Origin: a virus | Taxonomy: Duplodnaviria; Heunggongvirae; Uroviricota; Caudoviricetes | Virus record (IMG/VR): IMGVR_UViG_2703718784_000009 | Span: 1-4,406 of that record | Strand: one strand, 5' to 3' | Length of the DNA: 4,406 nucleotides | In this document: positions 3,319 through 4,406 of the stretch, in pieces | How positions within the stretch are numbered: position 1 is the stretch's first letter | How the letters are laid out: the number at the start of each line of letters is the position of its first letter | Translations under genes and position numbers: made by a program | The notes under the pieces: generated by a model | What the model was told of the DNA's origin: nothing | Seen by the model: the letters and a program-made list of their open reading frames with translations, nothing else | The model's database searches: none

Positions 3319-4406
3319 TTATGATGATGCCCGGCTTTCGTTAACTTTGACTGTGACCGTATCAAGCAGTACCGGATACGTCGCTTTTGCCCCCGTGATA
3401 TCTGTCAGCGTCAGCGTATCTGCTGTAAAGTCATCATTTGTCCACATCACAAGGTCAAACGCCGTCTGCTCTGTACCATCAATCACCGGAACGACTCTTT
3501 CGCTGTTATTTCCCGCAAAGCGGAAAACAACCGTATGCCAGTTATGGTCAAACGCACCAAATGTACCCAGTTGTGCATTCGACGTGCCCTTGTGGTGCAT
3601 AAGATTCAGATTTGATGCATCCGTCTGAAGGAAGAATGATGCCAGCATACTGTTTGCTGCCGCGCCTGACGCCCACTGCGACACCGGCCAGTAGAGACCA
3701 AAGACAAACTGTCCGTTCACCAGTTCGCTTCCATCCGGAATTTTGAACCGTACGGCAATTTCACCCCCCTTGCTGAGAAGATTTTTTGCCTCCTCCACTG
3801 CAACAGTACGGAACATTTTCCAGGACATCAGTTTACCGGGCTGTTTTTCCAGTCGCAGCGCTTTCCGTCCACCGTCATCAGTCACAGTGCCTTTGCCGCC
3901 GGAAGCACCCCACTGCTGCTCTGTCAATGCACCATTTCCACTGTTCGCATCATATTCAGCCACCGTCCTGGTACTGCTCACGGCCTCATCATGATCAGTA
4001 CCAGCAACACCGCCATCCTGCGGTTTCTCAACATCCGGTGTCCCCGGACTGACAGGAGTTGTACCACCCGACTGCGGTGCGCTCTGCCCGGTAAGGAACG
4101 ATAATGTCCGCCCGGCGTACTGCAAAATGGCACCTGCCAGGCGGTCTGAAACAAGGCCTCTTCGCGCCCATGAACTGAAGTGCGTTTTACGATCGGCTGA
4201 CGTCCAGTTACTGGCAGTGCGTGACGCAGCGCCATAGTATCCCGCCGGGATAATGTCCCGATCTTCTGACGGCTCGTTTGTCGGCACATTCACACCATGC
4301 TCATCCGTCATCAACGGCACAAAGTGAATATTCTGCGCAGCTTTGCCTTTATACCCACCGTAAACCGCCTCATACGGCGCTGCATACCTTTCCTTCCAGT
4401 AGTACG
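3319..4406 (-). CDS. large accessory ORF of unknown function, C-terminal 362 codons only (5' end beyond the right window edge)
   Basis: Stop TAA 3321..3319; frame stays open to position 4406 (the track start at 4320 is a GTG, and the upstream codons ...YYWKERYAAPYEAVYGGYKGKAAQNIHFVPL are stop-free and protein-like). Contains a Gly/Ser/Thr/Pro-rich linker followed by a beta-rich C-terminal domain (FGLYWPVSQW...WHTVVFRFAGNNSERVVPVIDG...), possibly jelly-roll/lectin-like. It sits upstream of the holin in the operon; the antiterminator Q is not in the window. Confidence 0.85.
   Translation of the reverse strand, partial: YYWKERYAAPYEAVYGGYKGKAAQNIHFVPLMTDEHGVNVPTNEPSEDRDIIPAGYYGAASRTASNWTSADRKTHFSSWARRGLVSDRLAGAILQYAGRTLSFLTGQSAPQSGGTTPVSPGTPDVEKPQDGGVAGTDHDEAVSSTRTVAEYDANSGNGALTEQQWGASGGKGTVTDDGGRKALRLEKQPGKLMSWKMFRTVAVEEAKNLLSKGGEIAVRFKIPDGSELVNGQFVFGLYWPVSQWASGAAANSMLASFFLQTDASNLNLMHHKGTSNAQLGTFGAFDHNWHTVVFRFAGNNSERVVPVIDGTEQTAFDLVMWTNDDFTADTLTLTDITGAKATYPVLLDTVTVKVNESRASS

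Noticed and set aside
3194-3628. Plus-strand 144-aa ORF
   Set aside because: Reads through the plus-direction terminator at 3277..3313 and lies antisense to the large minus-strand ORF; low-complexity Ser/Val-rich translation.
3743-4052. Plus-strand ORFs 3743..3994 and 3786..4052
   Set aside because: Both are antisense shadows of the large minus-strand ORF (Ser/Pro/His-rich); no SD.
3978-4289. Minus-strand 103-aa ORF
   Set aside because: Out-of-frame overlap with the large ORF; Arg-rich improbable translation.
1-4406. CRISPR array, insertion sequence or transposase, integrase / att site
   Set aside because: No array of regularly spaced direct repeats, no terminal inverted repeats flanking a transposase-like ORF, and no integrase-like ORF were found.

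Overview
The window is the late/lysis region of a lambdoid (lambda / phage 21-like) prophage from an enterobacterial host, with the late operon running on the minus strand (right to left). Reading in the direction of transcription: the C-terminal 362 codons of a large accessory ORF (3319..4406, 5' end outside the window), a small leader-coupled membrane ORF (2997..3179), an acidic 96-aa ORF (2669..2959), a phage-21-type class II holin (2378..2593), an unidentified 211-aa ORF translationally coupled to the holin (1738..2373), a convergent plus-strand 86-aa ORF with its own SD and terminator (1530..1790), a SAR-type T4-lysozyme-like endolysin (885..1418), a terminator hairpin (762..800), two small hydrophobic ORFs (546..728 and 402..533), and the nested spanin genes Rz/Rz1 (truncated by the left edge). 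The lysis genes themselves are conventional. What stands out is that this cassette is split by insertions: a two-gene convergent module between holin and endolysin, small membrane-peptide ORFs between endolysin and Rz, and three intrinsic terminators oriented against the late operon. Two of these small-ORF loci have an architecture reminiscent of type I toxin-antitoxin (hok/sok-like) systems, but this is architectural inference only. No rRNA, tRNA, CRISPR array or transposase was found. All identifications rest on reading the sequence and on recalled family features; no database search was run.
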